A stretch of DNA of 64,000 bases, taken from the NCBI RefSeq assembly GCF_964204865.1, contig NC_135263.1, forward strand, positions 13,702,001 to 13,766,000, written 5' to 3'. The notes under the pieces are model-generated. The model had not been told where the DNA came from and made no database searches. It was given only the letters and a program-made list of their open reading frames with translations. Below are positions 50,763-64,000 of this stretch, piece by piece (position 1 is the first letter of the stretch; every line of letters starts with the position of its first letter). This DNA comes from Styela clava. Lineage: Eukaryota. Made by a program: the position numbers and the translations under genes.

Positions 50763-53700
50763 ATGAATTTTATTAGACTATCGTTATTATTAATTATTTT
50801 ATGTTCAATGCTGATGTACTTCATATTCTACCTGTTCATATCAAATCACAACATCGGTGTCAGAAAGACTCAGGACCGTGACATTGAAGCAGGTAATGCA
50901 AGTTCACGTTTATTGTGATGTATGGACCAAAAAATGGCTAATATCAGAGAAAATTTTTGTGAAGATGACAAAAGTAAAAGTTTCCCCGAAACGCTGATTA
51001 TAGGAAAAAAATCTACGAAGAATATAAATACTACAATTGTAAATTATACATAATTTCAAACTAGTTCGAGTTTAGCTTGTAGAAATCTGGGTTTTTATAA
51101 AAGGGGACATTGAAACATAGTGGCTAGTTTTTAACGTATAAACATCCCTGTATCTTGTCTGTGGGAAATTTGAGACTTCCTGCAGCACTACTTCATGACA
51201 ACAAAAGACTACAGATTTACATTGTGAAGAAGAAAAAAGTTACAGATCGAACTTGAAAATCTGCAAAGTAACTTACTATACGTTATCTAATCATGTGTTA
51301 GGCTGGGTTGTCCAAGAAATGGCGCAGTTTACTTGATGAGGGTGGCTTGTATTACATATATACTACTTTCTTCAAACTCCTAACTTTAATTTATTCCATA
51401 AACAGGAATTACCATAGATGATCGTCTTCATATACGAATAGCTGAATGGAATCATTATTTAAAACTTTCGCAGAGTACGGTATGATATGAAGCAGTTTTT
51501 AGCAATATACGATATATGCAGGCATATTGTTAGTATATATACCGGTATATTAGTATTTTTACACACTAATGTTACAGCTTTGGCGTTCTAAAATGCGTAA
51601 TATGGCTAAAATAATATTGGTTTCAAGTTCTAATAGTCTTATTAGTTTAACAAGCAAAAAATTACTGAATTTGTACAACAAATGGTACATATGTGTGTTG
51701 ATTCTGATTTTTATAACCTCTATGTAGAAGAAAACAAAACGACTGCCGAACATCATTGGAATAGGAGTCAAGAAATGTGGAACAGAAGCTATGATAACAT
51801 TTATTCGACAACATCCATTTATTAAAACGCCCAATTACAAAGAGACGTTTTTCTTTAACGAAAAATATGATAAAGGACTGGATTATTACAAGTAAGTCTT
51901 GAAATATTTTATTCCTGCAATCTGTTATTTTTTCCTGTGCAATATTTTATTTCAGGTGATGAAGAACTTATTATGAAGTAGATAGAGTCGTTGTGAAACT
52001 AAGAATGTAAATTACTTTGATAATTGAAAATTTTAATTTTTGGGTCAAATATGCGCTCCCGTCATTAATAATGGTGACCTGACTCCGGAACAACTCAACT
52101 GTGGTTTCTCTGCTTTATAGTTCTAACATTGACATACTTGCATATTCGACAGACGGGCCCTCTATATCAAGTTATGTTTCAGGCCTGAGCGCGTGTTTGA
52201 TTTAGTTTTTTAGTATTATCATCGGATAAAGAAAACTATTATGAGCATGTATTTTGATCTATTAAAGTGTGAGTTTTGTTTGCAGAAGCCAAATGCCAGA
52301 AGTTACAGATGGTGAATTGATCATGGAGAAAACACCACCGTATTTTAATTCTCCTCCGGAATCACTCCCAGAAATAATCAAAAAGGATGTTCCAAATGCC
52401 AAATTGATATTAGTACTGTGTGATCCAGTAAAAAGAAGTTACTCAGATTTTATTCACGAGGTAACTATATATAGATATGATTACTGCGTTGTAATTACTA
52501 CAAGAATATTATTTTATTAAAGTTTTCTCAAACCATGATTAAATTGGCTTTCCCCGTAAATATAATGCTCAGATGCAAATTCCACAAAAATAAAAGTTGT
52601 AGCGATAAGCACAACATTTTTGTTACGACAGAAACGATAATAAAGTATCAGTTGTCAAGAGTCTATGAGCACTAAATTCTATTCTGCACCGACTATGTGA
52701 ATAGCATATTTCAAGTTTGTTTTACAAGTTACCATTGAACCCAACCTTACGTACCCCCTTCAACTAGACAGAGCGTGTTATCATTATACCTGAACAACTG
52801 TGACAAGTGCAAGTGTAGAAAATCTCAATTCGTCTGGAATAATGAACTAAACATAGTCATCGAATCGCTTAGCCCTAGACCACTGGTTCTCAACCCAGGC
52901 CACATGAACATTTCCCCAAACCTAGTTAACACCACCAGAGTTTTTGAAATTCGGTTTCATTTGTGTCGTTATAGTTAAATTTGGATCGGAGTAGCAATAA
53001 ATGATGCTTCTGTTGTTTGCTACAAAGTAGTAATTTGTCATACAACGCTTTACTATATTGTACATTTTCTTACAGAAGGCAATTCCTTTGTTTTGCAGAA
53101 AATAAAACCTCCCAATTTATCAACGGTGACTCAATACAATTCATTTGATGATTATTTGGATGTATACATCGACAGAGTGAAGACATCTTTAGACAAAAAT
53201 AACAATATAACTTTAAAAAACGTCATGTCAAGTTACAAAAATGATTATGCAACAACTCTTTTAACAACGGGACTATATTCAATTCATCTTCCTCGGTGGA
53301 TAAATACATTCAATTCATCTAATTTGCTCATTTTGAACGGAGAAAAAACGATTGAGGATCCAGGACATCAGGTTTGTGCATGATGTATGCTGCTTATTTT
53401 TGTTTCACGAGCCCTTGGTGTTGCGTAAAGATGAGGTAAACACCACAGTTTGATTTAGTTCATTTGATTTCAGTATAATTCGTTTACCAGACTCTGGGTC
53501 AGGACTTGTATTGGTGATCATTCAACCATGCGATGACGTCATATTCTTAAATGGTGTGATATCAAACTAAGAGAGAAGTGCGTACGCAGAATTTGGTCGA
53601 GGGCATATACAAAATTTATAGTTTCTGGCCGTATATTTTTATGTTTTTGTAGCTTTCAGATATTTCACAAAAAGGGAAAATTTAACGTGACACAAAATTA

Positions 53701-54312
53701 GATTCGTAGAAATTCATTATGACGTAATAAGGAATTTTATGTAAAATGTGTTGTGCTGTCATGAATAAATTTTTAAACTATGCACGTACTTTAATATGAG
53801 GTCCAAACGTAGTTACTAATTCTTGTATAATTTTAAATTTGAAAATTAGTAATAATAGAGCAAGTTTTTTTTATCAAGACAATAACAATCTTCAAAACAT
53901 CTAATTACCTAAACTCTTTGACCCGGATTGTAGGAGGTTTATTTATATATTAGAAAACATTGAAGTACCAAACTTAATAATAGTCAATTGATTTGTAAAG
54001 GTAGGCCGAATGCAAGATTTCCTCGGAATACCAAGGCTTCTACAACCAGGAGATTTTGTTCGCAATTCACGGAACGGCCTATATTGTATTCGACCATGGT
54101 GGAATGGTTACGACTTTAAAGCGGAATTCAACAATTCTCCGGATTGGGAGAAAAATTTGATATGTTTGTCAGAAACAAAGAAAGGCAGAACCAGACATAA
54201 AAATGGAAAAGTAAATGTAACGGAAAAGCATATTATTGAATTGAAAAACCTTTATCGATCTTATAACAAAGAACTTTATAAGATGTTGGAGATTAATTTT
54301 GAATGGCTATGA
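50763..54312 (+). CDS. Heparan sulfate glucosamine 3-O-sulfotransferase-like type II membrane protein, ~375 aa (exons 50763-50892, 51406-51479, 51728-51891, 52286-52460, 53099-53371, 54001-54312)
   Basis: GT-AG exons join in phase (1128 nt). N-terminal TM anchor; KRLPNIIGIGVKKCGT (5'-PSB loop), KETFFFN..YDKGLDYY, MEKTPPYF, KLILVLCDPVKRSYSD (3'-PB), TGLYSIHL..W, QDFLG, CLSETKKGRTRH. The exon 2 model is less certain. Confidence 0.85.
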
Positions 54313-55278
54313 ATTGTAGTTGCCAGTTTTTACTTTAACTAGCACTGTTAAACACTGCCACTGTAACTGGCTTTCGTAGAAATATAAGGTACTTCTCGTC
54401 ATTCTAAGCTTATGGTTTAATCAAGCATTGCAAATTTCCTTCTATAAAGGAAGCTTTGGCATTCTGTTACCTTATTGTTTAAGTCTAAACCTACTTTGAC
54501 AATAAATAAATTATTCCATCGACACAATTTTTATCTCATCTTCAATAATGATTTTTGTTGGCGAGAGTTATATTTTCTATCATTTATGTTGTTTTGTATA
54601 GTTGTTAAAAACGGTGGAATTTCATAATTCTTTTTATAATTCTGAGCAAACCATGTAACAGATGTGCTGTATCGCTATTCCTCATTTGAAGCACAACATT
54701 TTAGTCTATCAGAAAGCAGTAGGTTCAGGACAATAAATTTGATTCAGTAAATACGTCAAGATAAACAATATGAAAAACTATTAGATCAAGGTTAGTATTT
54801 TACATACAAATAGAATTCTAAAAGTAGGAATTACACTGGCATTGCTGCACGAGGAGCTTCTATATTTGTGTAATGACCGGAATATTTCTGATTTGGCATA
54901 AGCTTGCGATTTTGGACGTGACATTTGCATCCGAGCTGTTTTACCTGTGAGGCCAACAAAACTAGTCCAACACGCTTACTAACAGACTTGTCTTAATCAG
55001 TGAATTCAGCGTTCCTTAGGCGAAAAAATTATCGCTGTAGAATTTGACACTTAATTTGACAATTTGGTTTAAAATGCAACTCTCGTCAAACCTTTCAAAT
55101 TAAATATTGGTCCTGACGTCAATTTGTATTTTGCAATCACTGAAATAGTCAATATTTGATATTTCGAAATGATATAAATACAATTGATATGCAATTAATA
55201 AAGTTTCGAATGCCAGCCACTTGTTGTTGTCGCAATAGTCAAATAAATACATATTTACTGTGCCTTCAAAACATTCTT

Positions 55279-55390
55279 CGGACCTCCAGAAGTATGTCCA
55301 ACAAGATGGCGCACAACCTGAACATAGTAGTTGCACCAGGTTAGGGTTCAGGTTGTGCGCCATCTTGATGCACATACTTTGGGAGCTCCC
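55279..55390. mobile_element. 112-bp palindromic MITE with 6-bp TSD
   Basis: Flanked by ATTCTT; internal inverted repeat caagatggcgcacaacctgaac / gttcaggttgtgcgccatcttg; absent at paralogous sites ~28865 and ~33138. Confidence 0.75.
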
Positions 55391-57671
55391 ATTCTTACAT
55401 ATTTACCTTCAAAAACAGCATGAGAACAATAAACACATAGTTTATGTACAATTTCTTTGTTTCAAGTTATCGAATTTATTTAATCTCGACCAAGCAAGCC
55501 AGTGGTATATATATGTCGAACACAACACAAATTTGTTGTGCAGAACAATAGAAAACACAACATATTTTGTTGTGTAAATGTTGGTGCAAATTGTGGGATG
55601 TTGTTATGTAATATTGTTTCCGGTATCGGGGGATTAATCGCATTGTTCTGTGCCCTCGTCAACCGTGTGTTAGTCATTAAGTTTATGGTATATTTTGCGT
55701 ATGTTTACTGATCGACGTATGTCAAAATAATTGAAAAACGCCATTTTTATTTTAAGCGCGTTTTTTAATTTTCATTTTTTTTTATATTTTGATTTGTATT
55801 TTTACAGTTGTTTTTATTTTTCATTATTTTTTTATTTTCGGTTTATTTTTGATTTTGAAAATTTTATTTTATTTTTTTTAAATTTTACAAGAAATCGATA
55901 GTTCAACATCATATTTACCACAGAGATTCTTTTTTCACAGACTTTACTGTTGTTTTTGATAATTTGCGAATGCAATCAGCATTTCAAGTACATGTACCCA
56001 CACTACTTGCATTTTGAAATTTGGATTTCATCAATATTACGTAAGTCAGTACATATATGTGAGTATTATACGTCAGCGAAACATGACTGTATTCCTCATA
56101 TCAATGCTCGCAAGTAGATTGTTCTTCCTCGTATTAGAAGTGAATAAGATATGATTTATTTGATTAGCTTTCATCATTGGCAGCTTTCGTTTATGTTCTT
56201 TAGCTTCCCAAATAGGCAGACCTAGTGATATCCCTACATTCCCCAGATGTGATGCCAGACTTCAATACCTAACTTCGGTAAAATTGTCTTTGAATATTCA
56301 GAAAATGGCATATTTATCAGTGTAGAGTAGATGGTCTGTCATATACATAACACATTTTTATAAGTTGCAAATAGTTTCATCGCTATTGGCAAAATATTTA
56401 CCACCCTCTAAATTTCAAAACACAACCCCCCAATAATGAAAATATATATATATCGGCTGCGATATATATCAGCTTCTCCTATCAAATCCTTCACCCAAAT
56501 ATATCTAAATCAATATTGGAATACTTATATTTTTACTAACACTAGATATGAAACAAGCCTGCCTGGTGGAATGCCGTAAAATTCATCTCACTAATTTCTA
56601 GTATACGCCTGACAAAAAGTACGAGTTTAAAAATAAATATTTTTACAAATCTTTATAAGGTATTGAAATAATACCTATATATCTGTTGTTATGACTCACG
56701 CAGCGTAGGTAGCCATTACTTTCAATTATTTCATTTCCTACTAAGCTGAAATGTGGGTGGAGTTTTGTCGTTCCACGCTCCACGTACTGCTTTAACCACG
56801 AACAAGAACAATCCTTTCGCAACTTCAATGGTCATCTTAGAATTTAGACGGTGTTTCAAATTTTTATCGTTCGTTGTTGACATCAGCAAAACGTCAGTAA
56901 ACATTTATATAGCGAATCTGCACAATCACTACATTTCTATTGACAGTGGGGGAAAATGTACATTTTGAGTTGAACCTATGTGGCCTATTTTCGAGTAAAT
57001 AAATCTATGCATTGGTATCAAAAATCTGCGCATTAGAATATTATTTTTCGCATAATATATTCTGTATATCAAAGTCTCAAGCATTCGGAATGTTCAAGAG
57101 GAGGCCGAGATTGGAGAATCAACCTATAAGATCCAATATTTTCATTCCGAGTTCAGATTTATAGTAAGATGTAAAGAGTTTTCTAGAAGCCATTCTTTTA
57201 TTTTTAGGAATTCCTTCGATGCTCTCAACCTAATTTGCTTTTTTTTATTATTCACAGCACGCTTTCATATAACATTCGTACAATTCTTTTTGAATTCGGT
57301 TGTAATTTTTGCTGAGATTGCGACAGTATTTTAAAGGTTATATCCATAGATATATGTAAATATTGCTATATAAGTTTAATATGAAAGCAAACTTCCAACA
57401 AGCAGTGACTCAATAGCACGAATTGTTTTCTTCGAAAAGGAGCTCTATGTATTAGCATATTTCTGTATAGAAAGGCCGAGTTGTCTGCATGATGATTTGG
57501 ATGTATACCAAAAAATAAGAAAATAAAAAAAAATTAAAAAAAGTAAAACATACTTTGGAAAGATGCAAACAATCAATTTTAGCTATCATGCGAGAATATA
57601 GGAAGAACACGGTCTTGATCTCACTGCGTATTTTATGCAAACGATTCGACTTTCAAGCAAGCTCTGATATT

Positions 57672-58124
57672 CAGGCTTGTCCATGGGACACATTTTTCTG
57701 TCCCATTCCCATCCCATAGAAATTATGCCTGTCCCATCCCATTCTATGGAATTCCCATTGGAATAAAATTCAAAAAAAAAAAATTGGTACATTTAGGTTT
57801 AGCGTTACTAAATAGAACTACATGTATGAAGAGACATGCAAAACAACAGAATTTACGGACTTTGTTAACTTTATATTCATAACTATTATACATGTGTCCA
57901 TCAGCCCTTCACGAAGTATGTTGTTAATGCTGAATATATGTTGTTCTTTATAACTAACAAGAGAGTTATGCTCAAATATATGGACACGAAATCCATAACG
58001 GAATTTTTTACCATAATGTCCCCCAAAATCATACGGTTTTCGTGTCCCACGTGTCCCATGGGAAATACAAATGTGCGATGTCCCATTCCATCCCATGGGA
58101 ATCCCATTCCCATGGACAAGCCTG
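57672..58124. mobile_element. hAT-like MITE inside the palindrome arm (mirror copy 63173-63624)
   Basis: TIR CAGGCTTGTCCATGGGA, near-perfect 8-bp TSD CTGAT(A/T)TT, subterminal TCCCA/TGGGA repeats. Confidence 0.75.
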
Positions 58125-58556
58125 CTGATTTTCATATAAATAACACAGAAATAATTTTAAAAAATTTATAGTTTTCATAATCACAATTCATCCCAAGAAC
58201 ACAAAACATAATTATATACAGATATATTAAGAAGAGAAGACACAAAAAATACCACACAAATTCTATGAAATCTCACTGCTAAAATTTTAAGAACATTTTA
58301 ATAATGATAATAACCATTTTACTGTATTGAACTTAAACGGAGAAATATTAAACGACGATTGCTAACAGTTACAAAAACATTATTGAATTGATAATAGATT
58401 GGGTATCAATGAAAACACAGTGGAATTTTGGATACCTAGTTGATTTTGAATGGAACAAATTTATAGATTTTATCAATGATTACACTGACAATAAAAAATT
58501 GGTAAATTTCGACTTTTCCTTATAACTATCAGCAAATATATACCTTAGTTTTTACA

Positions 58557-59512
58557 CCAACTTCATTTTCTAGTCAAGCGAAAAATTACAGTTCATTACT
58601 ATAAAAGAAATAAATTACTTTTTAAAGCTTTTGAAGAAAAAAAAAATACATTTTCAAAATCCATAAAACATTATTGATCAAAAATTAAATAAAGAACCTA
58701 ATCACACTACAAAACTTCCACGCCCGAAGGACTAAGTTGTATATACTTATCGCTTTGTGTAAAAACTTTCACTTGAATCGTTTTTTATTTTAATTTTTAA
58801 ATTTCACTTCATTTGACGCGAAATGGACGTATCCTTTGTCCTGTCCGATATCCATTTTGTTATTATGCTATTGTTGTAGTTGGAATTCTTCTTTTTGTTG
58901 TGAAAAAAAAATCGCGTTTCTCATTAACTACAAGACCAATTGCTTTTACTTTGATTAGTTTCAAAGACTTGTGTGGTCTTTATGGAATTATTCATTCCAA
59001 AATTTTTAACTCTTAACTATATGCACATATATATTTGAGTTTTTAAACCAACTTCATCTTGCAGTCAAGCGAAAAATTACAGCTTATAATTAGAGAAAAA
59101 TAAATTAGTTTTCAAAGTTTTTGATAAAAAACACACTTCTCTCATTTTTAACATCCATAAAACAGTATTCATCAAAAAAGAAATGAAGAATCTAATTATA
59201 TTGCAAAACTTCCACGCCAGAAGGACCAAATAGTATATACCTATGAGAAATGCTTTGCGTCAGCATCTTTGTTTTGAATAGTTTTTTATTTCAATTTTGG
59301 AACTTCATTTTATTGGACACGAAATGTACCTATAGTTGCTTTCTTTTTCATGTTATTGTTACGTTATTGTTGGTGTAATTTCACTTTTTGTCGCTTTTCT
59401 CTATCTATGGAACCAATTGCTTTGAATTTTGCAGTGGTTAAAGATTGTTGTACTCTAATTAATTTAAAAAACTTTTGTGGGCTCTATGGAATTTATTTTT
59501 CATTCCAAAATT
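58557..59512. repeat. Two diverged ~490-bp tandem units inside the palindrome arm
   Basis: ccaacttcat..agtcaagcgaaaaattacag at 58557 and 59048; aaaacttccacgcc.gaaggac and tatggaatt..ttcattccaaaatt recur with the same spacing. Confidence 0.7.
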
Positions 59513-62500
59513 AAAAAAAAATGCGTCAGTCTGCCGATACTGTACGATTATGATGCTATTTCATTTTAGCTTTCGTGTCCATATATTGGAGCATTGATTT
59601 TTTGTTTTTATAAGAGCAAGCAAGGCCATGCGCACCGACTCAGGAGTAAACGAGACTGACCTCGATACATTGTACGAGTTAAAAATAAAATCTCCGGCAA
59701 ATGTTGTTCATATGTCATAACAATAAAATCTTGATCACATTTATTATTCGACAAAACAACCCCAGCAAAATCAGAACCAATATATCCTAGAAAATTTTCT
59801 GTCAGGGTTTTTTGACGTTGGCAAGATATAGAGATTTGAATTATACGTTTTTTTTTACTAAAATCGCGGCATTGGGCCTTTCAGCAAATCTTACGATGGA
59901 AATTTTGGACTTGCAGAATATTACGGAATCTGCAACGTAGAGTGTTCTATTCACTGAAAACATCACAAAGATAGAAACTATACTCATCAAATAAACTGTT
60001 GCAAGTTCAATTATTATTCGTTTTCATACGTTTTCTGTGTACGTAACTAATCAGTAGAGTAAATCCACATCTTGCAATCAAACTTGATTCTAAAGATATA
60101 AAAAATATGATTTGTCTCAGTATTATTTCGCATGATGCAAATGTATTTGGTGTACTTGCTTCTGAATCTACTTATTTTGGGGATTGCACTCAATACAGCA
60201 TTCCACTTTTTAGATGTATATATTCGCTTTTAACAAACTTTGAAGTCAAAGAGATTACAAAAAATTAGTCTTAAGTGACCACTAACTGTATGCGAAAAAA
60301 AAAAAAAATTTTAAAGGCACAAGTTGATATGGTATCACAAGAAGACTTTAATATTTTTTCGTCTGGAACGATTATGAAAAACGCAAAATGATAAATCGCT
60401 GATAAGAACACATTTCGGATTGAGAGTGCGCTACCGGTAAAGTTTTCTCGGATAGGATACGGTCGAACGAAAACTTTTAACTTACCCTTACTGGTATTTT
60501 TACGCAGGAACGTAGCAAAGTTGAAAATGTGTAATATTAAGCTGTGATTAAAGAGCATTGTTATTGCACATATACTAAAACAAAAACACTCACTTGATCC
60601 TGTTGATTGCACCTCGGACGTAATTTTGGTAATGCGTACCAAATTCTGTACTTGAATGCACTGGAAAATGGAACCGTTTCAGACCAATGTACAGTTGTAC
60701 TTCGCTGATTGAAATTATTGAGATGATTTTAATAATATATCTGTCTTAAGGCTACCATAATAACAGAAACAAGAGAGCAATTCCCAAATATATGTACACG
60801 TTAACCAGAGCGAAGCAATGCTTACCTTTGACGCTACCGGTACCCTCTACCGGTAGCGCACTCTCAATCCGAAGTGTGTTCTTATCAGCGATTTATCATT
60901 TTGCGTTTTTCATAATCGTTCCAGACGAAAAAATATTAAAGTCTTCTTGTGATACCATATCAACTTGTGCCTTTAAAAAATAATTTTTTTTTTTGCATAC
61001 AGTTAGTGGTCACTTAAGACTAATTTTTTGTAATCTCTTTGACTTCAAAGTTTGTTAAAAGCGAATATATACATCTAAAAAGTGGAATGCTGTATTGAGT
61101 GCAATCCTCAAAATAAGTAGATTCAGAAGCAAGTACACCAAATACATTTGCATCATGCGGAATAATACTGAGACAAATCATATTTTTTATATTTTTAGAA
61201 TCAAGTTTGATTGCAAGATGTGGATTTACTCTACTGATTAGTTACGTACACAGAAAACGTATGAAAACGAATAATAATTGAACTTGCAACAGTTTATTTG
61301 ATGAGTATAGTTTCTATCTTTGTGATGTTGAATAGAACACTCTACGTTGCAGATTCCGTAATATTCTGCAAGTCCAAAATTTCCATCGTAAGATTTGCTG
61401 AAAGGCCCAATGCCGGGATTTTAGTAAAAAAAAAACGTATAATTCAAATCTCTATATCTTGCCTACGTCAAAAAACCCTGACAGAAAATTTTCTAGGATA
61501 TATTGGTTCTGATTTTGCTGGGGTTGTTCATTAAATTCGATTTTGTCGAATAATCGATGTGCTCAATATTTTATTGTTATGACATATGAACAACATTTGC
61601 CGGAGATTTTATTTTTAACTCGTACAATTTATCGAGGTCAGTCTCCTTTACTCCTGAGTCGGTGCGCATGGCCTTGCTTGCTCTTATAAAAACGAAAAAT
61701 CAATGCTCCAATATATGGACACGAAAGCTAAAATGAAATAGCATCATAATCGTACAGTATCGGCAGACTGACGCATTTTTTTTTAATTTTGGAATGAAAA
61801 ATAAATTCCATAGAGCCCACAAAAGTTTTTTAAATTAATTAGAGTACAACAATCTTTAACCACTGCAAAATTCAAAGCAATTGGTTCCATAGATAGAGAA
61901 AAGCGACAAAAAGTGAAATTACACCAACAATGACGTAACAATAACATGAAAAAGAAAGCAACTATAGGTACATTTCGTGTCCAATAAAATGAAGTTCCAA
62001 AATTGAAATAAAAAACTATTCAAAACAAAGATGCTGACGCAAAGCATTTCTCATAGGTATATACTATTTGGTCCTTCTGGCGTGGAAGTTTTGCAATATA
62101 ATTAGATTCTTCATTTCTTTTTTGATGAATACTGTTTTATGGATGTTAAAAATGAGAGAAGTGTGTTTTTTATCAAAAACTTTGAAAACTAATTTATTTT
62201 TCTCTAATTATAAGCTGTAATTTTTCGCTTGACTGTAAGATGAAGTTGGTTTAAAATCTCAAATATATATGTGCATATAGTTAAGAGTTAAAAATTTTGG
62301 AATGAATAATTCCATAAAGACCACACAAGTCTTTGAAACTAATCAAAGTAAAAGCAATTGGTCTTGTAGTTAATGAGAAACGCGATTTTTTTTCACAACA
62401 AAAAGAAGAATTCTAACTACAACAATAGCATAATAACAAAATGGATATCGGACAGGACAAAGGATACGTCCATTTCGCGTCCAATGAAGTGAAATTTAAA

Positions 62501-64000
62501 AATTAAAATAAAAAACGATTCAAGTGAAAGTTTTTACACAAAGCGATAAGTATATACAACTTAGTCCTTCGGGCGTGGAAGTTTTGTAGTGTGATTAGGT
62601 TTTTTATTTAATTTTTGATCAATAATGTTTTATGAATTTTGAAAATGTATTTTTTTTTTTCTTCAAAAGCTTTAAAAAGTAATTTATTTCTTTTATAGTA
62701 ATGAACTGTAATTTTTCGCTTGACTAGAAAATGAAGTTGGTGTAAAAACTAAGGTATATATTTGCTGATAGTTATAAGGAAAAGTCGAAATTTACCAATT
62801 TTTTATTGTCAGTGTAATCGTTGATAAAATCTATAAATTTGTTCCATTCAAAATCAACTAGGTATCCAAAATTCCACTGTGTTTTCATTGATACCCAATC
62901 TATTATCAATTCAATAATGTTTTTGTAACTGTTAGCAATCGTCGTTTAATATTTTTCCGTTTAAGTTCAATACAGTAAAATGGTTATTATCATTATTAAA
63001 ATGTTCTTAAAATTTTAGCAGTGAGATTTCATAGAATTTGTGTGGTATTTTTTGTGTCTTCTCTTCTTAATATATATGTATATAATTATGTTTTGTGTTC
63101 TTGGGATGAATTGTGATTATGAAAACTATAAATTTTTTAAAATTATCTCTGTGTTATTTATATGAAAATCAGCAGGCTTGTCCATGGGAATGGGATTCCC
63201 ATGGGATGGAATGGGACATCGCACATTTGTATTTCCCATGGGACACGTGGGACACGAAAACCGTATGATTTTAGGGGAAATTATGGTAAAACATTCCGTT
63301 ATGGATTTCGTGTCCATATATTTGAGCATAACTCTCTTGTTAGTTATAAAGAACAACATATATTCAGCATTAACAAGATACTTCGTGAAGAGCTGATGGA
63401 CACATGTATAATAGTTATGAATATAAAATTAACAAAGTCCGTAAATTCTGTTGTTTTGCATGTCTCTTCATACATGTAGTTCTATTTAGTAACGCTAAAC
63501 CTAAATGTACCAATTTTTTTTTTTGAATTTTATTCCAATGGGAATCCCATGGGATGGGATGGGACAGGCATAATTTCTATGGGATGGGAATGGGACAGAA
63601 AAATGTGTCCCATGGACAAGCCTGAATATTAGAGCTTGCTTGAAAGTCGAATCGTTTGCATAAAATACGCAGTGAGATCAAGACCGTGTTCTTCCTATAT
63701 ACTCGCATGATAGCTAAAATTGATTGTTTTCATCTTTCCAAAGTATGTTTTATTTTTTTTAATTTTTTTTTATTTTTTATTTTTTGGTATACATCCAAAT
63801 CATCATGCAGACAACTCGGCCTTTCTATACAGAAATATGCTAATACATAGAGCTCCTTTTCGAAGAAAACAATTCGTGCTATTGAGCTATAACCTTTAAA
63901 ATACTGTCGCAATCTCAGCAAAAATTACAACCGAATTCAAAAAGAATTGTACGAATGTTATATGAAAGCGTGCTGTGAATAATAAAAAAAAAGCAAATTG

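Larger units (their letters stand above)
44802..55495. repeat. Segmental duplication block 2, copy b
   Basis: Colinear with 9296-28960 minus the BEL, HINE and MITE insertions. Confidence 0.9.
57232..63999. repeat. Giant inverted repeat: left arm 57232-60439, 408-bp spacer 60440-60847, right arm 60848-63999 (may extend beyond the window)
   Basis: Right arm is the reverse complement of the left arm with scattered SNPs and a few indels; mirrored ORFs in the track (57818-58135- / 63162-63479+). Confidence 0.95.

Noticed and set aside
15456-54312. Functional coupling between the sulfotransferase and the RNB genes
   Set aside because: The only evidence is co-duplication in one segment; no shared regulatory or pathway signal is visible
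57452-63921. Mirrored ORFs such as MKISRLVHGNGIPMGWNG
   Set aside because: Translations of a MITE's TGGGA repeats within the palindrome arms; no protein motif

Overview
AT-rich eukaryotic (invertebrate, tentatively ascidian-like) genomic DNA organised as an imperfect ~35-kb tandem segmental duplication. The main content is a locally expanded, single-coding-exon gene family with seven copies or fragments: 922-2310+, 5718-6108-, 7639-9306-, 29824-31991+, 34327-34552+, 35338-37537+ and 40395-42650-. The proteins read as CCCH zinc finger + cold-shock/OB fold + shortened RNase II-type RNB domain (D-x7-DD and FTSPLRK motifs) + a C-terminal region resembling the segment that follows the RNB domain in HELZ2. 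They have no helicase motor, so they look like 'helicase-less mini-HELZ2' exoribonuclease-like proteins. Only the 40395-42650 copy is fully intact, and it carries a C-terminal transmembrane tail. The others are truncated, frameshifted or interrupted. The duplication also carries a six-exon heparan-sulfate 3-O-sulfotransferase-like gene: intact at 50763-54312, and a pseudogene at 15456-27607 with a young full-length BEL/Pao LTR retrotransposon (17446-25442) in intron 4. Other elements are a 5'-truncated LINE (1-920), many MITEs, a Helentron/DINE-like element and a >=6.7-kb palindrome (57232-63999) at the right end. Family assignments come from motif recognition only; no database search was run.
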